A stretch of DNA of 37,166 nucleotides from a virus (taxonomy: Duplodnaviria > Caudoviricetes). This document shows, piece by piece, positions 1-8,994 of this stretch. The first letter of the stretch is position 1; every line of letters begins with the position of its first letter. The stretch lies in the IMG/VR virus record IMGVR_UViG_3300035527_000387, positions 1 through 37,166 of that record; one strand, 5' to 3'. Made by a program: the position numbers and the translations under genes. The notes beneath the pieces were generated by a model. It saw only the letters and a program-made list of their open reading frames with translations. It did no database searches and had not been told where the DNA came from.

Positions 1-255
1 TCAAGGATTGGCGTTCTGGGCGGTCCAGGTGGACCAGTCGAAGTCTTCGGGCGGATGGCCGTCGGGCGTGGTCTCCCCGAAACCTCTTTCCCAGCGGAAA
101 AAGCGGGCGGTGAATTCGCGGTCTTTGGGGTAGCTGAACTGATTGGCTTTGGCTGTCCGAACAGCGCCTTGAAAACTGGCGGCGGCAACGTGCATAATGC
201 GGCCAGATGGGCGGCAGAGAACGTCGAATTTGGCTATCGGTGGGTAGTTTCGCAT
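1..255 (-). CDS. hypothetical early protein (84 aa)
   Basis: ATG at 255 (MRNYPP...) preceded by AGGA and just after the stop of the upstream small ORF; same strand as the early operon. Confidence 0.65.
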   Translation of the reverse strand: MRNYPPIAKFDVLCRPSGRIMHVAAASFQGAVRTAKANQFSYPKDREFTARFFRWERGFGETTPDGHPPEDFDWSTWTAQNANP

Positions 256-257
256 GG

Positions 258-407
258 TTATCCGTCCTGTCTGCTGGTGTCCCACCAGTGGCCGTATTTT
301 CCCTGGGTCCAGGTGTGCCAGGATGTGCGTTCATCTTCGCGGCCTGCGCGGTAGCTGAGGATGGAAATTATCAATACAAGAATCATGGTCGCGGTAATGG
401 TTAGCAT
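258..407 (-). CDS. small membrane-anchored protein (49 aa, below the ORF-track cutoff)
   Basis: Translated by hand: MLTITATMILVLIISILSYRAGREDERTSWHTWTQGKYGHWWDTSRQDG; RBS TAAGGAGG upstream; fills the gap between neighbours. Confidence 0.65.
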   Translation of the reverse strand: MLTITATMILVLIISILSYRAGREDERTSWHTWTQGKYGHWWDTSRQDG

Positions 408-745
408 GCGGCCTCCTTATCTATAGAACATGACTGACAGAGGGAATAATCATCACGGGAATCTGGCCAGTACCAAACATGACACCATGGACATTTAACA
501 AGGTTTAGGTGCTGAGCTATTTCACGGCAGATAATATGAACGCTAGCGTTATGTTGCTTGATTAATTTGATGCGATTTTTTGGAAAGAAATCAATCATTA
601 CGCGACACTGCTGAATACCATTCTCTACTACTTTCTGTAGGTTATAACAGGTGTCGAAATTATTTTCATCTACGACATCGATAAGATCTAGTGCGCGATC
701 GAAATCAATTAAATCATGAATGGTCAAAATCGGGATGTTTTTCAT
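401..745 (-). CDS. hypothetical protein with C-terminal CxxC...CxxC zinc-ribbon
   Basis: CPWC...CQSC motif; AT-richer than neighbours; in the operon. Confidence 0.7.
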   Translation of the reverse strand: MKNIPILTIHDLIDFDRALDLIDVVDENNFDTCYNLQKVVENGIQQCRVMIDFFPKNRIKLIKQHNASVHIICREIAQHLNLVKCPWCHVWYWPDSRDDYSLCQSCSIDKEAAC

Positions 746-752
746 ACCAGAC

Positions 753-1331
753 TCAAAACGGAAGAAGCTGCTGGACCTGGCCGGGCAGTACGATGGTTTT
801 GATGTTGCACTCTACGCTTTTACCGGCCTTACGGAGGGGCGGGATTTCACGGCGGCGGATTCCGTAATCGCGGCAGATTCTTTGCACATATTCGTCGAGC
901 ATTTGGTTAACTTTATAGAGCTGCCAGGCGGGAGCGTCATCCATGCGTTTTGGCAGCATTTTGGACTGGGTGTAGATGGCGCAAACGTAGTCCCAACCGA
1001 CGGGCTGTTTGAGGAGCCATTCGAGGTCTTGCATGGCTTCCCGGATTACGTGTTTGAGGCGGCGTTCGGGGCCGTCTGAGAATCGTCCGATCAGGTGCTC
1101 ATCATCTACCAGGATAGCGAAGTGGAGCATGAGGGTTTCGAAGTCGGATGTGTTGTTACATTCCGTTGTCGATTTGACGTGGATTGCTGATGATAGCAGC
1201 TCGGCTCTGTACCAGTCTTCGTATGCTGATTTGTCGTTCGGGGGGGTGCCTGATTTAGTGCATTCTGCGAGCCAGGCACGCTGTACCAGCGGGCGGTACC
1301 ATTTGTAGTGTTGTGCTGCTGAGAATCCCAT
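753..1331 (-). CDS. Mu GemA/gp16-like protein (distant)
   Basis: RBS AGGAGG; motifs YRAELL...KSTTECN..DFETLMLHF and QLYKVNQML resemble the GemA (DUF1018) layout; position in Mu early region. Confidence 0.5.
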   Translation of the reverse strand: MGFSAAQHYKWYRPLVQRAWLAECTKSGTPPNDKSAYEDWYRAELLSSAIHVKSTTECNNTSDFETLMLHFAILVDDEHLIGRFSDGPERRLKHVIREAMQDLEWLLKQPVGWDYVCAIYTQSKMLPKRMDDAPAWQLYKVNQMLDEYVQRICRDYGIRRREIPPLRKAGKSVECNIKTIVLPGQVQQLLPF

Positions 1332-1340
1332 AATAACCTC

Positions 1341-1490
1341 CTATTCATTATCATCGGAATCGTCTTTGTCGTCCCCGTCATACAAAATGCATGCGATATC
1401 GAAGCTGCCAGTCGGTTCCATATTCTGCCAGCAGCCGTTGATGTCGTCCCAGTGGGAACATTCTTCGCAGGTGTGATCGTAATAAGCCAT
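1341..1490 (-). CDS. small acidic 4-Cys protein (49 aa, below the ORF-track cutoff)
   Basis: Translated by hand: MAYYDHTCEECSHWDDINGCWQNMEPTGSFDIACILYDGDDKDDSDDNE; RBS GGAGG; TAATG overlap with the upstream stop. Confidence 0.7.
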   Translation of the reverse strand: MAYYDHTCEECSHWDDINGCWQNMEPTGSFDIACILYDGDDKDDSDDNE

Positions 1491-1774
1491 TATGCCTCCA
1501 ATGTCTTAATATGACGTTTGATGTGCTTTTTCGTTTTGAGCGAGGCAATCGCGAGGTCATATTTTTTGCGCCGTTTTTCAAGGTGTTCTTTTGCTTCTGG
1601 ATGCTCTTTCAGAATGGTTTCTAATATATTTATGTAGTGCATATACGTGTCGTACAGGCCAACGTCGATGATGCTTTTCTCGGAGTTACCCCCCGCTGTT
1701 GCAATAACCTGGATCAGTTCGCGCGCGAAATTTGCAGGCATAATTTTGTATTCTGGACTTAACTCAATTGTCAT
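1490..1774 (-). CDS. hypothetical protein
   Basis: 94 aa ORF overlapping both neighbours in the operon. Confidence 0.7.
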   Translation of the reverse strand: MTIELSPEYKIMPANFARELIQVIATAGGNSEKSIIDVGLYDTYMHYINILETILKEHPEAKEHLEKRRKKYDLAIASLKTKKHIKRHIKTLEA

Positions 1775-2105
1775 CTTTTACCTGCCTTTCCAGCCCAACG
1801 GCACAAATAGCGTCGAGGATGTGTTTAGACTCAACGCACACAGACCCTTCCTGCTCGGCGATTATCTCAGCCCTTTTAATTACTGTTTGTGCCGTAGGCG
1901 TGAATCCGCGGGAACTTAAAGGCTGTTTGGTAGACCAAAACAACGCGACATAATTTGGGCGATAGGCACTGGCATCACTGTTGTATGTTTTCATTCGTAT
2001 TCTAACATCTGTGATTTCATGCCCTATCCTGGCGAGATGTTCGTGCAGATCATCAATATTCCGCTGAAAAACATGATATTGATCGGCTGTTATCTTGTGC
2101 TTCAT
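1764..2105 (-). CDS. protein with C-terminal Clp N-terminal-repeat-like domain
   Basis: Start MKHKITAD after GAAAGGA; C-terminus FTPTAQTVIKRAEIIAEQEGSVCVESKHILDAI fits the Clp_N repeat pattern FT..A..V...A...A...G...V...H.L.A. Confidence 0.65.
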   Translation of the reverse strand: MKHKITADQYHVFQRNIDDLHEHLARIGHEITDVRIRMKTYNSDASAYRPNYVALFWSTKQPLSSRGFTPTAQTVIKRAEIIAEQEGSVCVESKHILDAICAVGLERQVKDDN

Positions 2106-2142
2106 GATTTCCTTTCGTTCTCCGCCTGGAAGGCGGCGGTAC

Positions 2143-2739
2143 TTACACGTTGGAGATGTCGAGGGGGAGATAATCGAAGTCGCCTTTATCGTTTTTTCTG
2201 TAAAAGCGGATGTATTCTTTCGAGCTGGCAACCTGGATGGATTCGCGGATGAGCTTCATGGCCTTTTGCCAGCGCTCATCTTTTATGTCGAGGCGTAGAA
2301 GGGACAAGATTCTGCTGGTGCGGATGTTGCCCTTTTCGGCGTAGAAGGCATCGTCTATAAGCTTCTGGAGGTCGACATCGATCCCTGATGCTTTGGCCTG
2401 GATGAATTCGTTAATGAGGTCCTGGGCAAGCTGAAGCTGCTCGTTGAACGTTATGGAATCGTGCTGGGCGATGAGGATGCGCAACCGGCCGTCGAAGCTG
2501 GTAAGCGTGAGGTTGCCTTTTTCACCGCCACGGACGATGCCGTGCTCTGCCTTCATTTCTTCGACAAAGGCGGATGCATCGGTGCGCAGTTCAGTCTTGA
2601 GTTTATCCAGGTCGGCATGAACCTTTTCGGCGCGTTTGTAATACTTGCGCACGATCTTGTCGCGTTTTTTGTCCTTGGGCGGGACGTAGCGTGTTGGAAC
2701 CCGGTTCCCTCTGGCGTCGATCATTGTTGATTCTGTCAT
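2143..2739 (-). CDS. DUF3164 family protein (Mu-like phage early gene)
   Basis: MIDARGNRVP, GGEKGNLTLTSFDG, ITFNEQLQLAQDLI, WQKAMKLIRESIQV, YIRFY motifs; start MTESTM after AAAGGA. Confidence 0.88.
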   Translation of the reverse strand: MTESTMIDARGNRVPTRYVPPKDKKRDKIVRKYYKRAEKVHADLDKLKTELRTDASAFVEEMKAEHGIVRGGEKGNLTLTSFDGRLRILIAQHDSITFNEQLQLAQDLINEFIQAKASGIDVDLQKLIDDAFYAEKGNIRTSRILSLLRLDIKDERWQKAMKLIRESIQVASSKEYIRFYRKNDKGDFDYLPLDISNV

Positions 2740-2743
2740 GGTC

Positions 2744-3016
2744 TTAGCGTCCTTTCTTTGGGCTGGTTTTGGTGATGGCAAGTGATACAAGTATTGCTGC
2801 AATGATGATGGCCTGCGGAATTGTGATCTGTTTCGAGGCTTCCCACAGGTCGGCGCATACCGAGTTGGAAAGCTTGATCAGTAACAGGATCAGGCCAACC
2901 AATACCGCGATCAGCGCAAAGCCAACGGCCGTGTTCCATTTGGTTGATTTTTGTTTGGGTGATGGAACTGTTTCAAATTCTGGTGGTGAGACATTAATGT
3001 CCGGTATGTTTTTCAT
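2744..3016 (-). CDS. small two-TM membrane protein
   Basis: Two hydrophobic stretches (AVGFALIAVLVGLILLLI; IPQAIIIAAILVSLAI); ATGA overlap with the MuB stop. Confidence 0.75.
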   Translation of the reverse strand: MKNIPDINVSPPEFETVPSPKQKSTKWNTAVGFALIAVLVGLILLLIKLSNSVCADLWEASKQITIPQAIIIAAILVSLAITKTSPKKGR

Positions 3017-4035
3017 GCTGCACGTCCTTTCCTGGTGTTGATGGTTTCGATTGCGTGGAAGCCTTTGAGGTTGAGGCAGTATTTTGCGGTGTGGCGTACG
3101 GCCTCAACGGGGATTTCTTCGCCGGGCTTGAAGTCTGAAAGCAGTTCGTCGCGGATATCTTTGATCATGCTGTAGCCGCCAAAAGTGTTGGCGGCGCCGG
3201 CAACGTTCTGTGCGGCGGCGGCGTTGATGGTTACTCCGCCCTGCTCCATGAACTGCATCACGGCTGTGGGATCAATGCCGTCATGCCGGACCACGGCGAC
3301 GGCGCGGCGCAGAAGCTGCTTCGCTTCATCCCAGGAGGAGAGCATCATCCGTTCCCAGAATATGGGTATCGCGGTAATGACAACGGTCCAGGTTGTCTGG
3401 TTGAGAATGACCTTAATGAGGTCGCAGGCTTCTTTGCCGAAGGTATTGGCTTCGTCGATTTCGAGTACGCCGTGTGACTTCTGCATTTCGGCCAGCAGGG
3501 CGGCGCGGGCGGAGCGTCCGGAACGCCAGGGGCCGGGGAGTCCGAGAGCATGGCAGATGTCGAATGCGGGGGATGCGTAAGACTTGCTCCAGGACCGGTC
3601 GGCCTCACAGAACACGGCGTTGTATCGGTCCATGATCTGGCGGAGGAAGGCGGACTTTCCGCAACCGGTCTGTGCAAGGTAAACGACCAGCCGGATTTCG
3701 TCGTTTCGGTTTCGGGCTTTGCTGACGGCGTTGAAGAGCGCCGAGAATACAGGGAAGGAATGGAATTCGTCATCCTGTCCGACGTCCGGGGTTGATCGGA
3801 GAGCGAGCATATCCTTGATGGATACGATGGCTTTCTGGACGCTGGAAATCTGCTTGTCAACGTTACCATTGTAATCATGTGATCGGAGGCGGTGCCAAAC
3901 GGTATAACTCATATACGGGGAGAGATAGCGCTGGTGAAACTCGGTTTCGGTAGCGGTTGGCAATTCGAGTTTGAGTTCTTCCAGTTCGTCAATGACGGCG
4001 ATCTGCTCTGGGGTCATCTGCTTTTTTTTGGTCAT
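3013..4035 (-). CDS. MuB-like AAA+ ATPase (transposition protein B)
   Basis: Walker A AQTGCGKS, Walker B LEIDEA, QLLRR arginine-finger region; directly downstream of the transposase. Confidence 0.9.
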   Translation of the reverse strand: MTKKKQMTPEQIAVIDELEELKLELPTATETEFHQRYLSPYMSYTVWHRLRSHDYNGNVDKQISSVQKAIVSIKDMLALRSTPDVGQDDEFHSFPVFSALFNAVSKARNRNDEIRLVVYLAQTGCGKSAFLRQIMDRYNAVFCEADRSWSKSYASPAFDICHALGLPGPWRSGRSARAALLAEMQKSHGVLEIDEANTFGKEACDLIKVILNQTTWTVVITAIPIFWERMMLSSWDEAKQLLRRAVAVVRHDGIDPTAVMQFMEQGGVTINAAAAQNVAGAANTFGGYSMIKDIRDELLSDFKPGEEIPVEAVRHTAKYCLNLKGFHAIETINTRKGRAA

Positions 4036-4082
4036 CGTTTTCCTTTCTTATTTACTCATTCGCGGACCAAACGTCCGCGGTA

Positions 4083-6134
4083 CTACACTCTGTTCAGGCG
4101 GTCTATTACGGAGAATTCGGAATGCGGTCCTTCTTCGGCTTCTTCTGCGCGTGGTTTTTTGGTTGGGGATTTACCGGATACGGCGGCCATGACTTCGGCG
4201 TTGATCTGGGCATCTTCGGCGTGCTGTTTGAGGAGCTGGCGGCCGTATGGTTTTAGTTCCTGGGCGAGCTGGGATTCGATGTGGCGGACTTCGCCGAGGT
4301 TCTTGCGGATGCCGTCCATATCGGCGCGGCAGTGGCGCTGAATCTGCTTTGCAACTCCGAGGAATGCGCCGTCCGTATCGGAGACAAACATTTCGCCGGG
4401 GTTGAGTGGGTTAAGGTGGCAGATGTAGGCGCGTGATGACTGGTGGAGGATTATTTCCGATCCGTCGGAACGGGTAAGCAGTGAGTAGTACTGAATGGGG
4501 TCTGGGCCGAGTTCTTTGCGGTCGAGCTTGAAGGTGTGGTCCTGTTTGACGGTGGCGGTGAATCGGCAGGATTCGGGGAGCAGGTCAGGCATTCCCCAGG
4601 CAGGATACTGAATGAGGTTTTCACGGCCCTGGAGAAAGGCTTCTTTGGGAGTCATGGGGAGAACGCGGCGGTTTTCCGGGTTGGCGCAGGCGGCTTCAAT
4701 GGCGGTTTTCATTTCGGCGTGCGCGTCGCGGTAGTGCTCATCCAGGGGGAGCCATGGAGCGCCATTGTAGAGGCGGAAGAATGTACGCGTCAGCCCGGCA
4801 TCGTGGAAGCCCTGGAGGCGGTGGTGACGGCGGTTGTTTACGCGATCAAGGTAGAGGTTGTTGAAGCGCTGGAAATCGGAGAATGTAACGAAAGGCAGGC
4901 GCATGCGTTCGGCGAGGTCCGGGTTTTCGGCCATGACGGCGGCCAGGGCGGGGATAAGGAGGTTGGCCCGTTTGGTATCGCCGTAATAGCGCTCGGGGCA
5001 GGATTCCCAGTCCTTGCCGATCTGCCCTTTCAGCGCGGCCAGTTCGTTGTGCAGCAGATTGTGGATGGATTCGATGGATGCCTTGAACTGCGGGTTGCCG
5101 CGCGGGGTGGCGTCTGCCATACCTTTAAAGAAAGGTGTGTTGAGGTAGCCGGACCGTTCGATGGTGATGGCCCCGCCCGTGTGAATGGAAAGCTGCTTTG
5201 CAAATTCGCTGCCGACATTGGCGGTGGCATGTTCGAAGATTTCGACGGTGCCGTCCTTGCGGTAGCCGACGGTACGGAGCTGGGCGCAGTAGAACAGGAG
5301 GAAATCTTCTTCCCGTATGGAGCGGCGGGTTTGGGTGACGTAATCGAACTGGCGGCAGAGTACGCCGTAGGAATAGAAGCCTGAGAACACATCCAGGCAG
5401 CCCAGTTGAATGGGGCGCATAGCAGTTTTGTTGACGCCGGGGAGAATCACTTCGAGGTCGATGAACATATCATCCCACATGCGGTACTGTCCGACTTCGA
5501 GGCCGACGCGGGTGGCGGGGACGGAGGGCAGATTGCTCTTGGCCTTGCCGCGTCCGACGCGGGCGTGCTGGATGGCGTAGTTATTGGGTTTGCAGTTGTT
5601 GAGGTGCTGATAACTCCAGCCGCGCGGGGTGAATGTTTCCGGAAAGTACGGGCAGGCTTCTGGTACGGGACAGTTGGGAAATTCGTCGCGGTAGATTTCG
5701 CGCCAGGTGCCGTATCCGGGGATTTCCTCTTTTCCCGGAATGAGGTAGTCATGAAACAGGCTGCGGTAAGCGGGCCGCGTTTTGCGCTGATTCTGCATAA
5801 CCATGACGTGCCAGAATTCAATGAATTCAGCGGGCAGGCCATGCCCGGTCCTGATGCTGAGCAGCTTTTTCTGGAGGCGTTTGTCCAGGATCTGGAGTGG
5901 GCCGCCCTCTTCGACGGCCTTGCATTTGCGATAGAGAGATTTGACGGTGACGCCTTTCATGTGGCTGTATTGCCGCACCACGCGCTCGATGGCGGTCTTG
6001 CGGTCGCCGGGTGTGGCCAGAATGCCGCATACGATATCATACCACCAGTTGAACTCCTCCTGTTTCGGCTTTGTCAGGCCGTGTACAAGGCTGAGGTCAT
6101 CCTGGTTGATCTGAATTTTCTGCGGCAGTAACAT
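4083..6134 (-). CDS. MuA-like DDE transposase
   Basis: 683 aa; RMWDD / CLDVFSG / EIFEH / GNPQFKASIESIHN catalytic-core motifs; NNRRHH and MTPKEAF downstream motifs; paired with MuB. Confidence 0.88.
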   Translation of the reverse strand: MLLPQKIQINQDDLSLVHGLTKPKQEEFNWWYDIVCGILATPGDRKTAIERVVRQYSHMKGVTVKSLYRKCKAVEEGGPLQILDKRLQKKLLSIRTGHGLPAEFIEFWHVMVMQNQRKTRPAYRSLFHDYLIPGKEEIPGYGTWREIYRDEFPNCPVPEACPYFPETFTPRGWSYQHLNNCKPNNYAIQHARVGRGKAKSNLPSVPATRVGLEVGQYRMWDDMFIDLEVILPGVNKTAMRPIQLGCLDVFSGFYSYGVLCRQFDYVTQTRRSIREEDFLLFYCAQLRTVGYRKDGTVEIFEHATANVGSEFAKQLSIHTGGAITIERSGYLNTPFFKGMADATPRGNPQFKASIESIHNLLHNELAALKGQIGKDWESCPERYYGDTKRANLLIPALAAVMAENPDLAERMRLPFVTFSDFQRFNNLYLDRVNNRRHHRLQGFHDAGLTRTFFRLYNGAPWLPLDEHYRDAHAEMKTAIEAACANPENRRVLPMTPKEAFLQGRENLIQYPAWGMPDLLPESCRFTATVKQDHTFKLDRKELGPDPIQYYSLLTRSDGSEIILHQSSRAYICHLNPLNPGEMFVSDTDGAFLGVAKQIQRHCRADMDGIRKNLGEVRHIESQLAQELKPYGRQLLKQHAEDAQINAEVMAAVSGKSPTKKPRAEEAEEGPHSEFSVIDRLNRV

Positions 6135-6149
6135 GGCAAACGCTCCGGG

Positions 6150-7289
6150 TTAGAATTTGAAGTTTTTCTTGAGATAGTTAACGCAGTCCTTGAGCGACTG
6201 ATACCCGACGCGAAGATCGGCCTCCGGAAGCTTCTTAAATTCCTCCTTATCCAGGACAAATTCACGCAGGGAAACGATGCGGTCGGTCCAGCGCTGCTGA
6301 TACCATTCGATAGGCTTGGGCGCTGTCACGCTGTGCGCATCGAGGTACGCCTGGCGGAAGGCTTCGTAGTCCTCGCGAAGCTCTTCGGGTATGTCATCCA
6401 CATCGGCCACCTGCCCTTCCAGTTCCGGGTGATGGTCACGAATCCAGATCAGGATCACCGGGTTCCCCCCAATCTTTGGACGGCGGCGGATGATTCCCAG
6501 CTCCTCATAAAGTTCGGTGAGAGTAGCACCGCCGATGGCGGCGTTGACTTTGGCGGCGATGTCGAGGAAGGATTTTTTGCGGGTGATGGCCTGGGCGGCT
6601 TTTCCCGCTGCGAGCTGCTTACTCCCGGTCGGCAGCAGGTTGAGCTGCCTGATTTCCTCCGCCAACTCCGGGTGACGCTCGCCGAATTCTTTGGCCGTGC
6701 GGACGTAGTTTGATGCTGTCATTTTTGTAAACGGCAGGCTGTCACGCCACTGGGTGAAGCCGTTGCCGTGTCCGAGTGCTGCTTTCTTTTCGGCGATTTT
6801 CTGTCCGGTGTAGATGGCGGCGAGGACGGAGAGGCGGGCGAAGGTCTGGCAGGCGGTGTGGCCGGTGACGACCGCTCTGGTGAGCGGGTCGTCACTAATG
6901 CTGGTATTGGTGGATGCTGGAATGCTGGAATTGTTTTTGTTCCTGGTTTTGAGGGCCGCGGGAGTTTGATCGGTATGCTGAAGTTTTTCGCGTTTCGCGA
7001 TGTGGGTGGTGAGCAGCTTTATGAGTGAGGTGCGGTTCCCGTTTTTCTTTTCGATCCGCAGCGCCGCGTTGAGCGTCTCGACTGAATAGCCTTTGCCTTC
7101 CCGCTGATGTAAATCGCATTCAAGCGATGACCTGGCATCTGCGATGGATGTATTAATCAGGCGGGATACGCAGTCAGGTTTTGGTATTGAGAGCAGCGCT
7201 TCATGCTGTTTGCTTTGCTCTTCCTGTAATACCTTGGTTAGAGGGGCTGCTTTTTTGGTTGGTTGTTTTTTACGTTTATTCGTCGTCAT
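6150..7289 (-). CDS. DUF3102 domain-containing protein
   Basis: GQKIAEKKAALGHGNGFTQW...FTKMTASNYVRTAKEF matches the DUF3102 pattern; start MTTNKRKK after CAGGAGG. Confidence 0.75.
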   Translation of the reverse strand: MTTNKRKKQPTKKAAPLTKVLQEEQSKQHEALLSIPKPDCVSRLINTSIADARSSLECDLHQREGKGYSVETLNAALRIEKKNGNRTSLIKLLTTHIAKREKLQHTDQTPAALKTRNKNNSSIPASTNTSISDDPLTRAVVTGHTACQTFARLSVLAAIYTGQKIAEKKAALGHGNGFTQWRDSLPFTKMTASNYVRTAKEFGERHPELAEEIRQLNLLPTGSKQLAAGKAAQAITRKKSFLDIAAKVNAAIGGATLTELYEELGIIRRRPKIGGNPVILIWIRDHHPELEGQVADVDDIPEELREDYEAFRQAYLDAHSVTAPKPIEWYQQRWTDRIVSLREFVLDKEEFKKLPEADLRVGYQSLKDCVNYLKKNFKF

Positions 7290-7458
7290 AAGGTGCCTCC
7301 TGGGTTGTTGAGATTTCCACTCCCCTGGGGACGGCGAAGAGGATGCGGCGCACGATACGTTCAACATCGTTCTCCGCACCGGTCACTTCCAGGGGCCGTG
7401 TGTGGATGTTTGAGTCGGGCGTGGTCTCACGCTCGAAGATGGTTAATACCGCGTTCAT
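7276..7458 (-). CDS. hypothetical protein (60 aa)
   Basis: ATGA overlap with the upstream gene; fills the operon gap. Confidence 0.55.
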   Translation of the reverse strand: MNAVLTIFERETTPDSNIHTRPLEVTGAENDVERIVRRILFAVPRGVEISTTQEAPYDDE

Positions 7459-7826
7459 GCTTCGACGGGCTCCGGAAGGTTGTCGGCATCGATTATACCT
7501 TGCTCGGGCTCTGTGGAAACGGAGCGGGAGCTCCGTTCTACGGGGGCCTCTGCTTCGCTGATGGCCTGCATAAGGCTGCGGGCACTGCTGGCGAGTTGGT
7601 CAGCATCGCTAGCAAGGTCTGTGTCGATCTCGGTAGCCACAAGGATGCGCTTGATGAGTTCGCGTATGTGGTTGTTTGGGTGGGTGGCATGTTGCAGCAG
7701 CTTCCCCTTGTTGTATGTTATCTGGCTGATCGTGCCGAAGTGCTCATCGATGTTGGATGAAAGCGATATTGCTTCAGCCGATATCTCTGAGAGCGTCTTT
7801 ATGGTTTTTTCCTGTTCGTTACACAT
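7455..7826 (-). CDS. hypothetical helical protein
   Basis: Start MCNEQEK after GGAG; overlaps neighbours. Confidence 0.6.
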   Translation of the reverse strand: MCNEQEKTIKTLSEISAEAISLSSNIDEHFGTISQITYNKGKLLQHATHPNNHIRELIKRILVATEIDTDLASDADQLASSARSLMQAISEAEAPVERSSRSVSTEPEQGIIDADNLPEPVEA

Positions 7827-8049
7827 AGCTGACTGCTCCGTCGTTGCAGATGGGGGTTGTTTTCTCTGGTTCTGTAGATGCGGACCGAACGTCCGCTGTA
7901 CGGGTACGAGGGCACAGGTCGGGGTCGCGGAAGTCACGGGAGCCGGAATATGTCTTTTCTTTCGCCATCATGCGGATTGCCAGTATGCGGTCCTGTCGGC
8001 GGATGAGGGCTTTCTGGATGGCCCGTTCGGGAATGGTCATCTTGTTCAT
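7819..8049 (-). CDS. small basic hypothetical protein
   Basis: Start MNKMTIP after GAAAGGA. Confidence 0.6.
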   Translation of the reverse strand: MNKMTIPERAIQKALIRRQDRILAIRMMAKEKTYSGSRDFRDPDLCPRTRTADVRSASTEPEKTTPICNDGAVSYV

Positions 8050-8069
8050 GGTTTTTCCTTTCGTTTTGG

Positions 8070-8321
8070 TTACGGCATTGAGCGCCGGTTGATGAATGCG
8101 ATGAATGATTTGCGGTGAATCTTGAGGTAGCGTCGGCGGCTGGTTCCACAATCCCATCCTGTGATCAATCCGGCCTCCCACCATTCGTATATGTTCTCGG
8201 TCGGTACGTCGGCGGCTTCGGCCACTTCAACCGCAGGGATGAAGGGCTTCTTCGGCAGGCGCTCGATGATTTCCCGGGCAATGGCGTCGTCGAGGTCGAA
8301 CATTTGGAGTTGCTGGGTCAT
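8070..8321 (-). CDS. excisionase/MerR-like (HTH_17-type) DNA-binding protein
   Basis: EVAEAADVPTENIYEWWEAGLI...YLKIHRKSFIAFI winged-HTH pattern; RBS AAGGAGG. Confidence 0.8.
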   Translation of the reverse strand: MTQQLQMFDLDDAIAREIIERLPKKPFIPAVEVAEAADVPTENIYEWWEAGLITGWDCGTSRRRYLKIHRKSFIAFINRRSMP

Positions 8322-8836
8322 TGCCGGGCCTCCTTTTCGGTTGGCATGGGCTGTGTGCCTGCGGTATGATTCGCGGATGAGCGTTCTAAAAATGAATTGG
8401 TATGAGATTTCAGTTTGGATGCATGGCGAGTACACAAAGCTGTTGGATGACTGCTTTGATTTTCACGGAAGGGGCATCCCTCCGACTGAGCTTGCCGCGC
8501 AGTTGGCTTATTATAACGAGAGCACCAACGAAGAAATCGAAGATGCAATAGATGAATTCCTTGAAACAGGGGAATGGATACCACTCGCATCCTGTGCAAA
8601 AGTGATGCTGTTGATGAGGTTGAACTATGCCGCTGATTTGAGTTCTGCCCTGCGGTCATTCCCCTTTCATTCAACTGTTTGCAGCAGCAGGGCCGAAGCT
8701 GCTCGCTGGCTATTAGTTGATGCGTGGGATCAATCTGGTTTCTCAACCATTTACGATACGTTAGGGTCCCACCTTTAAACATATATTCCCGGTAGGCAGC
8801 CGAAGTCGGAAGCTTTTTGTAGAATAATTGAGCCAT
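8318..8836 (-). CDS. hypothetical ORF coupled to neighbours at both ends
   Basis: TGATG overlap at start and ATGA overlap at stop, but the C-terminal two thirds look low-complexity and lie antisense to 8392-8778. Confidence 0.4.
   Translation of the reverse strand: MAQLFYKKLPTSAAYREYMFKGGTLTYRKWLRNQIDPTHQLIASEQLRPCCCKQLNERGMTAGQNSNQRHSSTSSTASLLHRMRVVSIPLFQGIHLLHLRFLRWCSRYNKPTARQAQSEGCPFRENQSSHPTALCTRHASKLKSHTNSFLERSSANHTAGTQPMPTEKEARQ
8392..8778 (+). CDS. acidic hypothetical protein, antisense within the early operon
   Basis: MNWYEISVWMHGEY... 128 aa with globular-protein composition; AT-richer segment. Confidence 0.6.
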   Translation: MNWYEISVWMHGEYTKLLDDCFDFHGRGIPPTELAAQLAYYNESTNEEIEDAIDEFLETGEWIPLASCAKVMLLMRLNYAADLSSALRSFPFHSTVCSSRAEAARWLLVDAWDQSGFSTIYDTLGSHL

Positions 8837-8994
8837 CACCAGCCCCCTTCCAAAGATTGAATGATGTTAACCGCTATGGATATAATTGCTCCACCGAGCG
8901 CAAGGCGTAAGGGGGGCACCTTTACATCCCAAAGGGGAATCAAAACACCGAACAGGACCACGTAAACTAAGGTTTTGGTTATAAATTGATACAT
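8836..8994 (-). CDS. small two-TM membrane protein (52 aa)
   Basis: MYQFITKTLVYVVLFGVLIPLW...LALGGAIISIAVNII; RBS CAGGAGG; TGATG overlaps on both sides. Confidence 0.65.
   Translation of the reverse strand: MYQFITKTLVYVVLFGVLIPLWDVKVPPLRLALGGAIISIAVNIIQSLEGGW

Noticed and set aside
4536-6131. Long plus-strand ORFs (282 aa and 241 aa) opposite the transposase
   Set aside because: Shadow frames of a GC-rich gene; no RBS or protein motifs
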